Shown piece after piece: positions 10,849 through 21,509 of a DNA stretch of 64,000 nucleotides. The number at the start of each line of letters is the position of its first letter. Positions within the stretch are counted from its first letter, which is position 1. Origin of the DNA: an uncultured Gammaproteobacteria bacterium. Lineage in GTDB: Bacteria; Patescibacteriota; Patescibacteriia; UBA9934. A program made the translations under genes and the position numbers. The notes beneath the pieces are model-generated. The model searched no databases. It had not been told where the DNA came from and worked only from the letters and a program-made list of their open reading frames with translations. The stretch lies in contig CAYFMS010000002.1 of assembly GCA_964344415.1 (NCBI GenBank), forward strand, positions 192,593-256,592. The letters run 5' to 3'.

Positions 10849-11721
10849 CTATTTAATGTACACACGGTCTGAGAACCGTATATCAATATACTCAATGCCC
10901 TGTATATCACTAGAACGCTCTTCAAGTATTTGATTCAAAACAGAAATCTGTTTATCTGTATCCGCGATTAGCTCAATAAGAATATCAAAACCAAGTTCGG
11001 TTCTTACGCGAACCCATGTGTCATCTTGGGATTCAAAAATATAAACAATGGGCTGAATCCCCTGTTCAATTAATTTTAAATTTACTGAATCGATGCTAGA
11101 GAAAATATCTTCCCCTACCCCGTTTTGATTTAAATTCCGAATGAATTCGATAATGGGTACATCAACCGGTATATGGGCATTATCCGTCCCCTCTCCCCTG
11201 TTTATGATGGATGATACCGAATCAAGCTCTAAATCTGTGAGTACATGTGATTCACCATTTCTATAAAATTTCGTCCATTCATCTGCATTGTGAATGATGA
11301 TAAATTGTGTATTTTCTTGAACATTAATCTGTAAATGACGTTTATTCCTAGAAATATCAAGTTGTCGTATAGGAAAACTCGACATCAGAAGTTCAGATAA
11401 ATCATCAGAATTATGAAACCAGATGTGACGATTTGAATACCAAAGACTCTGCTTTTGATGATATGCATGAACAACATCCCAAATTTCATGTTCCTTAATA
11501 GCCTCCGTGCCGCTAATTTCGATTGTTTCAATATAAAAGGATGGGAGCTTTATGGTTAATGTAATAGGAATAGCAATAATAATGCATGCAGTGAATATGA
11601 AAATCGCTGCCCGTATGAATTTTCTTGGAATGCGAAATTTTCTCCTTTTTACAGGGTTTTTGTACTGATTCGTTTCGAACCGTTTTGTTTCTTCTGTTCT
11701 GAGGAAATTCCTCCTTTTCAT
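10849..11721 (-). CDS. FtsQ/DivIB-like cell-division protein (single TM + POTRA-like domain), tentative
   Basis: Basic N-terminus, one TM helix and then a beta-rich extracytoplasmic domain. It sits in an operon with alr and serS. The assignment rests on architecture only. Confidence 0.4.
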   Translation of the reverse strand: MKRRNFLRTEETKRFETNQYKNPVKRRKFRIPRKFIRAAIFIFTACIIIAIPITLTIKLPSFYIETIEISGTEAIKEHEIWDVVHAYHQKQSLWYSNRHIWFHNSDDLSELLMSSFPIRQLDISRNKRHLQINVQENTQFIIIHNADEWTKFYRNGESHVLTDLELDSVSSIINRGEGTDNAHIPVDVPIIEFIRNLNQNGVGEDIFSSIDSVNLKLIEQGIQPIVYIFESQDDTWVRVRTELGFDILIELIADTDKQISVLNQILEERSSDIQGIEYIDIRFSDRVYIK

Positions 11722-12848
11722 ACTATTTTACGTGGAAGCAAGGGGCTAATTCTCGTTACGACCTCATAATTAATTGTGCCAGATATATCAGCCAAATGCT
11801 CGGCGGTTATTTCATTCATTCCATTACGGCCGAGTAATGTCACTGTATCGCCAATCTGAGCTTTTGCAATGGATGAAACATCGACCATGAACATATTCAT
11901 ACAAATAATACCAAGAATGCGGCATTTTCTTCCATGGATGAGCACATGACCGTTTTTCGCATATGTACGAGTATAGCCATCGGCATACCCAACAGGAATA
12001 ATGGCAATGCGCATTGACTTATCGGCAACAAATGAACATGCATAGCCAACGCTATCGCCCGGCTTTATATCTTTTATTTGAGCGATAACACTTTTCCATG
12101 TTAGAACAGGCTTTAATTGAATGGAATTCTTGGAAATAAGATTTGCTTTTCTGGATGATTCAGATGACCAAAGCCCGTATTGCCCAATACCAATACGCAC
12201 CATATTGAATTGACTATGTAATTCATGAATAGCGGCTGCAGAGCATGCAAGATGAACAAAGGATGGTTTAAGCCCCCTTTTGAAAATATGCGTTGCAATA
12301 TCACTGAATGTATCGATTTGTGTATGGGTAAAATCCCGATTCTCAAGATCTTCAGCATTTGCAAAATGAGAGTGAATACTTGTTAATTCAATCGATTCAT
12401 TCTGCTTGATGAATTGTAAAAATGTATCAAGCGATGATGCATCGATTCCCTGTCTATGAGTCCCTGTTTCAATTTTTAGAGAAATTCTCGCTTTTTTTTG
12501 TAATTTTTGTGCGAGCTCTGCAAGCACTTTCAAATCTTCATAATTATAAAAAACTTGTATGAAGCTATTTCTAATCACTTCCGCATAATCAGTATGCATT
12601 GTATATCCAAGAATAAAAATCTCTGCATTTGGAGCTATTTTCTTCACTCTTATAGCTTCAGAAATATTATCCACAGCAAAATGATTCACTCCATTTTCAC
12701 TCTGCATACTTACAATCTCCTCCAGCCCATGACCATAAGCATTCGCTTTCACGACAGCACAAAAAACGACCTCTTCATGAAGAAGAGATCGAATTTGTTG
12801 AGTATTATGCTCAAGCGCAGATTGAGATATTTCAATCCATGATTTCAT
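11718..12848 (-). CDS. alr: Alanine racemase
   Basis: PLP-lysine motif AVVKANAYGHG near the N-terminus; 376 aa, alanine-racemase N- and C-domains. Confidence 0.85.
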   Translation of the reverse strand: MKSWIEISQSALEHNTQQIRSLLHEEVVFCAVVKANAYGHGLEEIVSMQSENGVNHFAVDNISEAIRVKKIAPNAEIFILGYTMHTDYAEVIRNSFIQVFYNYEDLKVLAELAQKLQKKARISLKIETGTHRQGIDASSLDTFLQFIKQNESIELTSIHSHFANAEDLENRDFTHTQIDTFSDIATHIFKRGLKPSFVHLACSAAAIHELHSQFNMVRIGIGQYGLWSSESSRKANLISKNSIQLKPVLTWKSVIAQIKDIKPGDSVGYACSFVADKSMRIAIIPVGYADGYTRTYAKNGHVLIHGRKCRILGIICMNMFMVDVSSIAKAQIGDTVTLLGRNGMNEITAEHLADISGTINYEVVTRISPLLPRKIV

Positions 12849-12849
12849 A

Positions 12850-14169
12850 TTACGATTTTGGTTCTAATTTCGTCAGTCCATGCATATACGGGTGCAATGC
12901 GTCTGGAATATTAACGGAACCATCTTCATTCTGATTATTTTCAAGGATTGCTACAAGGATTCGTCCAATAGCGAAAACAGTGGCGTCATTCATATGCAAG
13001 AGTTTTGTCCCGTCTTTGATTTTGTATCGAGCTTTAAGCCTTCTTGATTGATAATCACCCATTAAGTCTGCAGAATGTGTTTCTCGATAGCATTCTTGTG
13101 TAGGAATCCATGTCTCAATATCAATTTGGCGCGCATCAGGCTTCCCCATATCTCCAGTACAAACCATGACTCGCTGATATGGAAGTCCTAGTTCTTGCAG
13201 GAGATATTCCTGAATAGCAACAAGAAAATCCTGCTCATCTTTTGCATGCTCTTCCGTTGTAAATGACTCCATTTCTAATTTGTCGAATTGATGCTGGCGG
13301 ATAATGCCTTTTGTATCCTTTCCATATGACCCAGCTTCCCTTCTAAATGAAGTAGAATAACCAAGGTATCGCCGTGGCAAACTACCCTCATCAAGAATTT
13401 CATCCATATGAAGAGGTCCGAGTGTATGCTCTGCGCTTCCAATAAGGTAAAGATTATCTTTTTGCAGATAATACCGCTCATCTTCGACATCGGCGCTTAA
13501 GCGAGCCATCCTTTGATAAACATCGGGTCGAATCATGACAGGAGGAATAACAAATTCAAATGGCTTGTCAGAAATATTGAGATCTGCATTTTTTGCAATC
13601 TTCGCCAGTGTTTCACGGTCGGTTAATGTTTTTAGTACGAATTGAATAAGGGCGAATTGAATAAGGGCCGCGCCATTCTTGAGATAGGTAAATCTTGATC
13701 CCGATACATCCGCCGCCTTTTCGCTATCAATGATATTAAGCAGCTTTCCAAGCTCGACATGGTCTTTTGGCTCAAAATCAAAACTTTTTGGCTCACCATG
13801 CTTTGAGACAACAACATTTTCACTTTCATCTTTTCCAATTGGCACATCGTCAAGTGCTGGATTTGGGATTTGATAAAGCGCTGTTTGTAATTCAATATCA
13901 ATAGGTTCCAATTCCTCTTTTAAGCGAGCCGCTTTATTATCAAGATCCCGCATTTCGCTAATAAGTCGCTCTCTTTCATCCCCTTCTGAAACAACAATTT
14001 CCTTTGAAGCATTATTCTTTTGTGATGCGATTTCTTCCAAAGATGCACGCAAATCCCTTACTTTTTTATCAAGAGATAATATGTGATTCCCATCGATCTC
14101 AATATTTTTATCTTTTGCCGCTTTCTCGAATGTGGCTGGATCATGACGAAAGGCCTTAATATCAATCAT
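12850..14169 (-). CDS. serS: Seryl-tRNA synthetase
   Basis: N-terminal coiled-coil arm and class II core motifs; 439 aa. Confidence 0.88.
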   Translation of the reverse strand: MIDIKAFRHDPATFEKAAKDKNIEIDGNHILSLDKKVRDLRASLEEIASQKNNASKEIVVSEGDERERLISEMRDLDNKAARLKEELEPIDIELQTALYQIPNPALDDVPIGKDESENVVVSKHGEPKSFDFEPKDHVELGKLLNIIDSEKAADVSGSRFTYLKNGAALIQFALIQFVLKTLTDRETLAKIAKNADLNISDKPFEFVIPPVMIRPDVYQRMARLSADVEDERYYLQKDNLYLIGSAEHTLGPLHMDEILDEGSLPRRYLGYSTSFRREAGSYGKDTKGIIRQHQFDKLEMESFTTEEHAKDEQDFLVAIQEYLLQELGLPYQRVMVCTGDMGKPDARQIDIETWIPTQECYRETHSADLMGDYQSRRLKARYKIKDGTKLLHMNDATVFAIGRILVAILENNQNEDGSVNIPDALHPYMHGLTKLEPKS

Positions 14170-14590
14170 ATGAATACATTATTGAGCTTTTAAATTCATC
14201 CTCTTTATGGGGTTTTAATACCGTGATTTCGAATTGTTTATCATTTTTCTCCATCCACTTTACCATATCATTTCTCAAATCTTCCTGATCATACCCAAGT
14301 GCAATCATATCCGGATTAATTTGTTGAAGTGCTTGATAATGACCAATATAAGTATCCCCAAGTACTGCGTCGTGAACATGGACGGAGTTTTTCACATTCT
14401 GAAGTCGCTCATTTTCATTTTCATGTGGAGCGCGGCCCTTCAAATCATGGACAATGGAATCACGAGCGACAATGGCCGTAACCTGTCCAAGCTCTGCCGC
14501 CTGTTTAAGAAATGATTCATGACCTGGGTGAAGATGGTCAAATACTCCAAAAACGGCGATGCTATTCATTTTCTGACTCTGACTGTTCAT
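14162..14590 (-). CDS. Nucleotidyltransferase-superfamily protein (cytidylyltransferase-like HxGH fold; RibL/FAD-synthase- or PPAT-like)
   Basis: HxGH motif FGVFDHLHPGH at the N-terminus of a ~135-aa Rossmann-like protein. The true start is probably the internal Met (MNSIAVFG). Confidence 0.5.
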   Translation of the reverse strand: MNSQSQKMNSIAVFGVFDHLHPGHESFLKQAAELGQVTAIVARDSIVHDLKGRAPHENENERLQNVKNSVHVHDAVLGDTYIGHYQALQQINPDMIALGYDQEDLRNDMVKWMEKNDKQFEITVLKPHKEDEFKSSIMYSYD

Positions 14591-16046
14591 GTTGAGGTTT
14601 TAGTGTTGGGAAAAGAATCACCTCTTTAATATTGGTTGATCCCGTCATAAGCATTGCTAGACGGTCAATTCCAAGTCCATAACCCGCTGCGGGTGGCATA
14701 CCATGCTTAAGGGCTGCTAGATAATCGTAGTCAATTCTCTGTGCATCTTCACTACCGCGATCACGAAGTGCCTCCTGATCATTAAATGCATTTTCCTGGT
14801 CAACAGGGCTATTTTGTTCATTGAATGCATTCCAGATCTCAATGCCCTTTACAACGAGTTGAGCACTGGCACTGTATTGAGGTTTATCGTCCCTCGCTTT
14901 TGCAAGCGGTTTCATTGCTGCCGGATAATCCGTAACAAAAGTTGGCTGAATGATATTCGGACGGACATCATGCTTATAAAGCGTATCTACAAGCTCGCCA
15001 TATCCGATAATATCGTCCATATCCCTTCCCTGCCTTTTGAGCTCCGCCTTCAATGCATCTTCGGTGTCGAATTTATCTAAATCAATACCTGTTTTCTCGA
15101 GAACAACTTCATGAAATGTAACGCGTTTTAATGGCGTTTTGAATGATAGATTATCCTCCTGATGCTGGACGGTGCTACTTCCTGTACTTGAAATAGCAAC
15201 ATGTTCGAGAAGCTTTTCAATATGTTGCATTAAATCTTCGATATCTGCATAAGCCCAATATGCCTCGATTTGTGTAAATTCAGGATTATGCTGGGGGCTA
15301 ATGCCTTCATTGCGATAGCAGCGTGCATATTCATAGATTTTCTCAAATCCACCAACAAGTAGACGTTTCAAGTACAATTCTGGAGCTATACGCAGATAGA
15401 AATCATGATCCAATGTTTCATGATGTGTGATAAATGGCTTTGCTGTTGTTCCGCCTGCAATTGGCTGCAAAACAGGAGTTTCAACCTCGAGAAAGCCTTC
15501 TTGTTCAAGGAAATTGCGAATAGCTTGAACAATCAGACTTCGAGTTCTTGCGGTAATCATTGTTTGCTCATTTGAAATCAAATCAAGATATCGCTGACGA
15601 TAACGTTTTTCTGTGTCGGTAAGGCCATGCCATTTCTCGGGAAGCGGCAGAAGCGATTTTGTCAAAATCTTGTATTCAGACACGTCAATTGAATGCTCGC
15701 CCTTCTTTGTGGTAAATGCTGTGCCGGTAAATTCAAAGAAGTCGCCAATATCAGCTATTTCATGAAAATGTGTATATGCTTCTGTGCCGATATTATCGCG
15801 CCTGAAAACTGCTTGAAATGTGCCAGAAGCGTCCTGAAAACGAATAAAAGATAGGCCTCCATGTTTTCTAATGGCCTTAATTCGTCCGACAAGTGTAGCG
15901 CTTTCGCCCTTGTCCGACATTTCAGTGAATGCAGCGTCGAATTCGCTAACAGAATGTGTTCTTTTTGTTGAAGCTGGATAGGGATTAATGCCACGCTCTT
16001 CGAGCATATGCAGGCGCTCCCTTCTCACAATCTCCTCTTGATTCAT
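14562..16046 (-). CDS. lysS: Lysyl-tRNA synthetase (class II)
   Basis: N-terminal OB anticodon-binding domain and class II catalytic core; 494 aa. Confidence 0.9.
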   Translation of the reverse strand: MNQEEIVRRERLHMLEERGINPYPASTKRTHSVSEFDAAFTEMSDKGESATLVGRIKAIRKHGGLSFIRFQDASGTFQAVFRRDNIGTEAYTHFHEIADIGDFFEFTGTAFTTKKGEHSIDVSEYKILTKSLLPLPEKWHGLTDTEKRYRQRYLDLISNEQTMITARTRSLIVQAIRNFLEQEGFLEVETPVLQPIAGGTTAKPFITHHETLDHDFYLRIAPELYLKRLLVGGFEKIYEYARCYRNEGISPQHNPEFTQIEAYWAYADIEDLMQHIEKLLEHVAISSTGSSTVQHQEDNLSFKTPLKRVTFHEVVLEKTGIDLDKFDTEDALKAELKRQGRDMDDIIGYGELVDTLYKHDVRPNIIQPTFVTDYPAAMKPLAKARDDKPQYSASAQLVVKGIEIWNAFNEQNSPVDQENAFNDQEALRDRGSEDAQRIDYDYLAALKHGMPPAAGYGLGIDRLAMLMTGSTNIKEVILFPTLKPQHEQSESENE

Positions 16047-16050
16047 ATGA

Positions 16051-16533
16051 TTAATCTATTGAAATAACGGTGTAAATAATGAGTCCTGATGGTGCCTCGA
16101 CCTCGGCATTTTCTCCTATTGCTTTTCCAAGAAAAGCCTTGCCCATTGGTGAATCACTACTAATTTTGCCAGCTAATGGGTCAGATTCCGCTGCTCCAAC
16201 AAGTTCAAAATGCTTTTCATCTCCCCCTTCTCGCTTTGCTGTGAATGATGCGCCAACCGTAATGGTATCTCCCCCGCTCTTTTTATCGACGATAATGGCT
16301 CTCGCGATTTGATCACGTAGTGCAATGATTTGTGTTTCATTCTGAGCCTGCCGCTCTTTTGCATCTTGGTATTCAAAATTTTCAGACAAATCTCCCTGAT
16401 CTTTTGCTGTAGAAATGCTTTCAGCGATCGCTCGCCTTGTCTTTGTTTGCCTCTCTGCGAGTTCATCTTTTAATCTTTGTAATCCTTCGCTTGAAATATA
16501 ATGGTCTGCCATAAGAATATAATGAACCGCCAT
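16051..16533 (-). CDS. greA: Transcription elongation factor GreA
   Basis: 160 aa with an N-terminal coiled coil (acidic tip DxxE) and a C-terminal FKBP-like domain. Confidence 0.85.
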   Translation of the reverse strand: MAVHYILMADHYISSEGLQRLKDELAERQTKTRRAIAESISTAKDQGDLSENFEYQDAKERQAQNETQIIALRDQIARAIIVDKKSGGDTITVGASFTAKREGGDEKHFELVGAAESDPLAGKISSDSPMGKAFLGKAIGENAEVEAPSGLIIYTVISID

Positions 16534-18441
16534 TTACTCGGAAGTGGCGGATGCATTTATAGTACCTCGATTCAGATTTTCGTCAAACCATGCAGAGAAG
16601 ATTTTATGTGCAATATTCGTTGCAGGGCTTTGCTCAGCACCTTCTTCCGTAATAATCGTAATCACAATTTCTGGATTGTCATATGGGGCGAATCCTGTAA
16701 ACCAACTATGAGGAGTTTTGACGGATGACCATTGAGCCGTTCCGGTCTTTCCTGCCACTTCGACATTCAATGTATTCAAAGACATTGCACTTCCCGCTGT
16801 TACAGTGCGTCTCATACCATCCTTTATGATTTGGGCTGTATCTTCATCGAGAATTTGATGCTTCTCACTTTCACGACTCATATTGAGTATTGGCGTCACA
16901 AGATGTCCTTCATTCGCAAAAACAGCTGTCGCGCGAGCGATTTGCAATGGGGTAACAAGTACATCACCCTGCCCAATTGATACATTATATGTATCACCAA
17001 TAAACCAGCGCTCTCCTTTTACGCGCTCTTTCCATTCTTTTGAGGGCAAAAAGCCTTCAGATTCACCCGGTAAGTCAATACCCGTTTTTGATCCAAGTCC
17101 ATAAAGCCTTGCATAATCGGTTAATTTCTCGACACCCATACCTGCAAAGTCATCGTATCCGCCACCGATGATATAGAAATAGGTATTCACTGAATCCGCG
17201 ATAGCATGGTACATATTGGTGATTCCGTGACCTCCTGCACGCCAATCTGGAAAAAAACGTGGTCCAACCTGCAATCCTCCAGTTGACGAAAATGTGGTCA
17301 GTGGAGTCACAATCCCCTCCTCGAGAGCGGCCGCGGCATAAATTGTCTTTATCGTCGATCCAGATGGCAATTCACCTGATATTGCTCGATGGAAAAGTGG
17401 ATTATCGGGATTCTCAATGAGTGAGTTATATTCTGATTGAGAAATTCCTTCAGTGAATGAGTTTGAATCAAATGCAGGCCAAGATACAAGTGCATATACT
17501 TCCCCATTATTAGGATTCATAGCGATGACAGCAGCACGATTTGCTTCTGAGCCTGATAAATTTTCAGAAAGAATATCCTCGATTCTACTTTGAAAATCAA
17601 TATCAAGAGATAATTGCATATCCAGTCCATCCATCGATTCCGTGTAATTAATGACACGCTGAGGTATGCCCTGTGCATTGACCTCGAATCGTTCAATACC
17701 ATTCTGACCGCGTAACATCTCTTCGTAAAATTGCTCAATTCCACTCTTACCGATATGGTCAATAATTCGATAATCATGATCGAGCGATTCGTATTCATCC
17801 GCATTTATGATGGCCGTATACCCAATAACATGAGAAAGTGATGGAATTTGATCGGTGATATAAGACCTCCTGCTTCCTTTTGTGACGCGTAAGCCATCAA
17901 TCGAATGCAGAGAAGACATAAGCGATAAAGCATGCTCTTTCTCAACTTCCTGAACCAGAACAAATTCACGCTCATGTTCATCTTGCAAAGTATTATAAAG
18001 ATCCTCTTTTGAAAGAGATGGGATAAGATCCGTCAACTCTCCAATAATATTATCGATCTCTTCGCCTTCAAGTGTGCTGATATATGCATCTGCCATTATG
18101 TTAAATACAGGTGTATTGAATGCTATAATTTCACCATTTCTGTCTGTAATTACGCCCCGTTCTGCCGGATCTATGCGTTCGACGAATCGGTTGTTTTCTG
18201 AAAGAGATTCAAAAGATTCACCATGTATGACTTGCATGAAAAAAAGTCTGGAAATGAAAATGATGAATATAACCGAAATAAAGATCGAGATATTGCGTCT
18301 CTTTCTTTTTGAAAAACGATTCCCAATAAATGGCGCATCATCCATCGATTCACTCGAAATTGAAACATCATCAATAGAAGATAATGGACTGCTTTCATTA
18401 TGATTGTATTGAATCGTGAATATGTCTTTTTCATTTGACAT
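16534..18441 (-). CDS. mrdA: Penicillin-binding protein 2 (peptidoglycan D,D-transpeptidase, elongasome)
   Basis: Single N-terminal TM, dimerisation domain and transpeptidase motifs SGSTIK (SxxK) and KTGTA. It lies immediately upstream of mreD-mreC-mreB. Confidence 0.85.
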   Translation of the reverse strand: MSNEKDIFTIQYNHNESSPLSSIDDVSISSESMDDAPFIGNRFSKRKRRNISIFISVIFIIFISRLFFMQVIHGESFESLSENNRFVERIDPAERGVITDRNGEIIAFNTPVFNIMADAYISTLEGEEIDNIIGELTDLIPSLSKEDLYNTLQDEHEREFVLVQEVEKEHALSLMSSLHSIDGLRVTKGSRRSYITDQIPSLSHVIGYTAIINADEYESLDHDYRIIDHIGKSGIEQFYEEMLRGQNGIERFEVNAQGIPQRVINYTESMDGLDMQLSLDIDFQSRIEDILSENLSGSEANRAAVIAMNPNNGEVYALVSWPAFDSNSFTEGISQSEYNSLIENPDNPLFHRAISGELPSGSTIKTIYAAAALEEGIVTPLTTFSSTGGLQVGPRFFPDWRAGGHGITNMYHAIADSVNTYFYIIGGGYDDFAGMGVEKLTDYARLYGLGSKTGIDLPGESEGFLPSKEWKERVKGERWFIGDTYNVSIGQGDVLVTPLQIARATAVFANEGHLVTPILNMSRESEKHQILDEDTAQIIKDGMRRTVTAGSAMSLNTLNVEVAGKTGTAQWSSVKTPHSWFTGFAPYDNPEIVITIITEEGAEQSPATNIAHKIFSAWFDENLNRGTINASATSE

Positions 18442-18454
18442 GCGAAGTAGTATG

Positions 18455-18910
18455 TCAGGATTGATCGATACGAACGGCGAATTGATACAGGGGCGTAGCT
18501 ACAATGATCGATATAAGAACATAGAAAAATGTCACATTTATAAAGTCACGGATCAGGATAGAATCTAAAATGAGCCATGAAATGAGAAGTGATATATAGA
18601 GGCCCAAAAAAGCGAAAATAGACCGTTTCGCGAATACTTTTTTAACGAGAAAATATGTCATGATGGAAAGAATACCTGTAGAGATCAAGCTTATATGCTC
18701 AATATGGAAAAAGGACAGAATCATTGTCCATGCGAAAAAGAGTGCAATTCCTATGGCGATGCCATATCTATGAGCGATGATTGCAAAGAATATAAGCCCT
18801 ATTGATATCGCTGAAAATGGAAAAGGCAAAGCTTTCATGAAGCTAATTTCCACGAATAAACTCATCCAAAATATAATGACTATAATGGCATTACGGAGCA
18901 TATGAACCAT
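18455..18910 (-). CDS. mreD: Rod-shape determining protein MreD-like membrane protein
   Basis: 151-aa polytopic membrane protein located between mreC and mrdA; assignment is by position and topology. Confidence 0.5.
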   Translation of the reverse strand: MVHMLRNAIIVIIFWMSLFVEISFMKALPFPFSAISIGLIFFAIIAHRYGIAIGIALFFAWTMILSFFHIEHISLISTGILSIMTYFLVKKVFAKRSIFAFLGLYISLLISWLILDSILIRDFINVTFFYVLISIIVATPLYQFAVRIDQS

Positions 18911-19712
18911 GTACGATAACGGATGTCACCAATTCATGATTAATAATCGGTTCAACATGAGCTGATGCGAAGGTCGCCGAAGAATCTCTTGTGATTTCGG
19001 AAATGATCCCGATCACAAGTCCAGATGGTAGAATTCCATCAATTCCCGAAGTAACGACAAGGTCGCCGATTTCAAAATCTCCTTGCAATTCCAAGTACTG
19101 CATTTCAAATGCAAAACCTTCTTTTCCGGTTACAAGACCGTCATATGTATTATCGGATAGAATTTTTGCTGGTATTGATGAATATTGTGACTCGAGCAAT
19201 GTGATTGTTGAAGAATATTCACGAATTTCACTCACAACACCGATCAAATGTCCGTCGAATGCAATAACGGGACTTGAATGTTGAACACCATGTATAGCCC
19301 CTCGATTAATGATTGCCTCATGCGCACCCATTGCAGATTTCGAGATAATCATTGCAGTAATTTCATTTTCATCCTCTGTCGACTGTCGATATTCGAGCAA
19401 TGATTCAAGTTCCAAAATACGTTCACGCTCTTCATATAGAGTCGCTTCTTCAATCGTGTGAAGTTGCAATTGTGATCGCAGAACTTCATTTTCTCTCACT
19501 AAATTCGCCTTTTTTGCAAAGATAAATCCAGATATAGCATTTACTCCCGTTGCTGAAGTAATGGCAGCTCCTTGAAAAAGTTGTCTGAATGGAATGAAAA
19601 AGGGCGTAATGAAAACAGCCCCTATGATAATAATCATCCCAAAAACGCGAAGTAATTCAGAGCTGAGATTCTGAATTCTTGATCGACCTGATTTGGGAAT
19701 ACGTAATTTCAT
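18891..19712 (-). CDS. mreC: Rod-shape determining protein MreC
   Basis: N-terminal TM plus coiled coil, then a beta domain; sits downstream of mreB. Confidence 0.75.
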   Translation of the reverse strand: MKLRIPKSGRSRIQNLSSELLRVFGMIIIIGAVFITPFFIPFRQLFQGAAITSATGVNAISGFIFAKKANLVRENEVLRSQLQLHTIEEATLYEERERILELESLLEYRQSTEDENEITAMIISKSAMGAHEAIINRGAIHGVQHSSPVIAFDGHLIGVVSEIREYSSTITLLESQYSSIPAKILSDNTYDGLVTGKEGFAFEMQYLELQGDFEIGDLVVTSGIDGILPSGLVIGIISEITRDSSATFASAHVEPIINHELVTSVIVHGSYAP

Positions 19713-20764
19713 GATCGATATATATCAGTGGATGTTGACGGTAATGCGATAAGTGTTAGCAATTCTTTATCATCAAGTAATGCCCCCGTTCCTCGCGCTG
19801 CGCATGTGAGCGGGTCATCGGCGATTCTGACAGGTATTTCAGCTTGTTTTGAAATGAAGGAGTCTATTCCTCGAAGTAATGATCCGCCTCCGACCAAGAC
19901 AACACCTCGTTCATAAATATCTGCCACAAGTTCAGGAGGTGTTGATTCGAGTGTTGATTTAATATTGCTCGCAATGGTATTTACAGATTTATGTAGAGCT
20001 TCCCTGATTTGTCCATCATTTACGATAATCTCCTTTGGAAGTCCTGTGATTAAATCGCGCCCACGCATTTCAATTTCCATGGTTTCGCCGCTGGATGTTG
20101 CCGAACCGATACGAATTTTCACTTCTTCTGCTACACGCTCTCCGATAAGAAGGTTGAAAACACTTCGTGCATACTGAACAATGTTTTTTGTCATTTCAAT
20201 TCCCGCGGTGCTGAGAGATCTCCATGTCACAATTCCACTAAGAGATACAACTGAAATTTCCGTTGTCCCTCCCCCAATATCCACAATCATATTTCCGACA
20301 GAGTCCGAGACTGGCATTCTAGCACCAATTGCAGACAGGAGAGCTCCTTCAACTAAATCAACTTTTCTTGCTCCAGCAGACAAAACAGCATCTTCAACGG
20401 CTTTTCGTTCAACTTCTGTGATTTCAAGAGGCGCGCCGATCACAACATGCGGTCGCGGAATCAAATTAAAATTCTCTTCATGAATTTTATCGATGAAATA
20501 TTTGATCATTCTCTCCGTCACTTCGAAATCAGAAATAATCCCTCCGGAAAGAGGCTTAACAATATCTAAATGTGGCGGGGTTTTTCCAAGCATGTCATTG
20601 GCCGTCCTTCCAACGGCGATGATTTGCTGCAATCTTGTATTGAGGGCAACAATACTTGGCTCATTCACTAAAATCCCTTTATCTTTTACAAAAAAACGAA
20701 CATTCGACGTTCCAAGGTCAATACCAATATCCTCCGAAAATCTGCCGAGCAACCTCTTAAGCAT
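19709..20764 (-). CDS. mreB: Actin-like rod-shape determining protein MreB
   Basis: Actin/Hsp70 fold motifs (IGIDLGTSNVRFFV...DIGGGTTEISVVS...LVGGGSLLRGI); 351 aa. Confidence 0.92.
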   Translation of the reverse strand: MLKRLLGRFSEDIGIDLGTSNVRFFVKDKGILVNEPSIVALNTRLQQIIAVGRTANDMLGKTPPHLDIVKPLSGGIISDFEVTERMIKYFIDKIHEENFNLIPRPHVVIGAPLEITEVERKAVEDAVLSAGARKVDLVEGALLSAIGARMPVSDSVGNMIVDIGGGTTEISVVSLSGIVTWRSLSTAGIEMTKNIVQYARSVFNLLIGERVAEEVKIRIGSATSSGETMEIEMRGRDLITGLPKEIIVNDGQIREALHKSVNTIASNIKSTLESTPPELVADIYERGVVLVGGGSLLRGIDSFISKQAEIPVRIADDPLTCAARGTGALLDDKELLTLIALPSTSTDIYRS

Positions 20765-20783
20765 AGGTGCTCATTTTACCAGA

Positions 20784-21185
20784 TTAATGTGTAGAATCAA
20801 CAGAATCGTTTTGACCGAACTTTGAAAGAAAAATGTATTCGAGAATTCCGATACCAACAATGACAAGAAGGAAGCTCCAAATGGAAAGAGAATCCGTGCT
20901 TGCCAGGAAGAGTGTCAGCATAATCATGATGGAAAGAACGGCAGCCTGTCGAAGCGAAGTCAAAAGTAAATCATGCATGCTAATCTGTTTCATTGTAAAA
21001 TATCGCATTATTGTAAAGAAAAATGCGAGTGTACCCATAATCGCGACAAAAAGCGTAAGGAAGAAAATTGTAATGCCAATATTGCCCGTCGCAGCAGGAT
21101 CAATGCGCAAAAGAACTTGAAGCCATGCGATCCAAGCAAGAAGTGAACCAGTCGCGAGGTAAGTGAGATAACTTCTAATCGTCAT
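20784..21185 (-). CDS. Hypothetical membrane protein (133 aa, 4 TM)
   Basis: Hydrophobic ORF; no family recognised. Confidence 0.35.
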   Translation of the reverse strand: MTIRSYLTYLATGSLLAWIAWLQVLLRIDPAATGNIGITIFFLTLFVAIMGTLAFFFTIMRYFTMKQISMHDLLLTSLRQAAVLSIMIMLTLFLASTDSLSIWSFLLVIVGIGILEYIFLSKFGQNDSVDSTH

Positions 21186-21197
21186 GCCAGCAGTATA

Positions 21198-21509
21198 TCA
21201 TTCATTGAATGTATACTCGATTCTTTTGATCTGAACTGCCGGAAAATCAGAGTGAATTCTGTCCATGAGATTGGATTCGCAAGCTCTCAGCGTGTCGATA
21301 ATAAGCGGTGTTTGAAGATAAATACGCAGAACGTCATTTTTATGCGACAAAACTCGATACTTATCTGTAAATGTTCCGGCCAGCAATTCCTGCATATGCT
21401 TTGCTGCGGATTGTACAATCATTGATGACTGAACTTGTCTGCCGATGCCGTGACGTGCAATGGCGGACTTCGCAAGGTCGCTGAATGCATTTGGTTTATA
21501 TTTCTTCAT
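21198..21509 (-). CDS. DUF721/DciA-like small protein
   Basis: 103 aa. Its C-terminal pattern LSHKNDVLRIYLQTPLIIDTLRACESNLMDRI resembles the DUF721 consensus (..L..G.L.V.V.S..W..EL......I...I). Confidence 0.45.
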   Translation of the reverse strand: MKKYKPNAFSDLAKSAIARHGIGRQVQSSMIVQSAAKHMQELLAGTFTDKYRVLSHKNDVLRIYLQTPLIIDTLRACESNLMDRIHSDFPAVQIKRIEYTFNE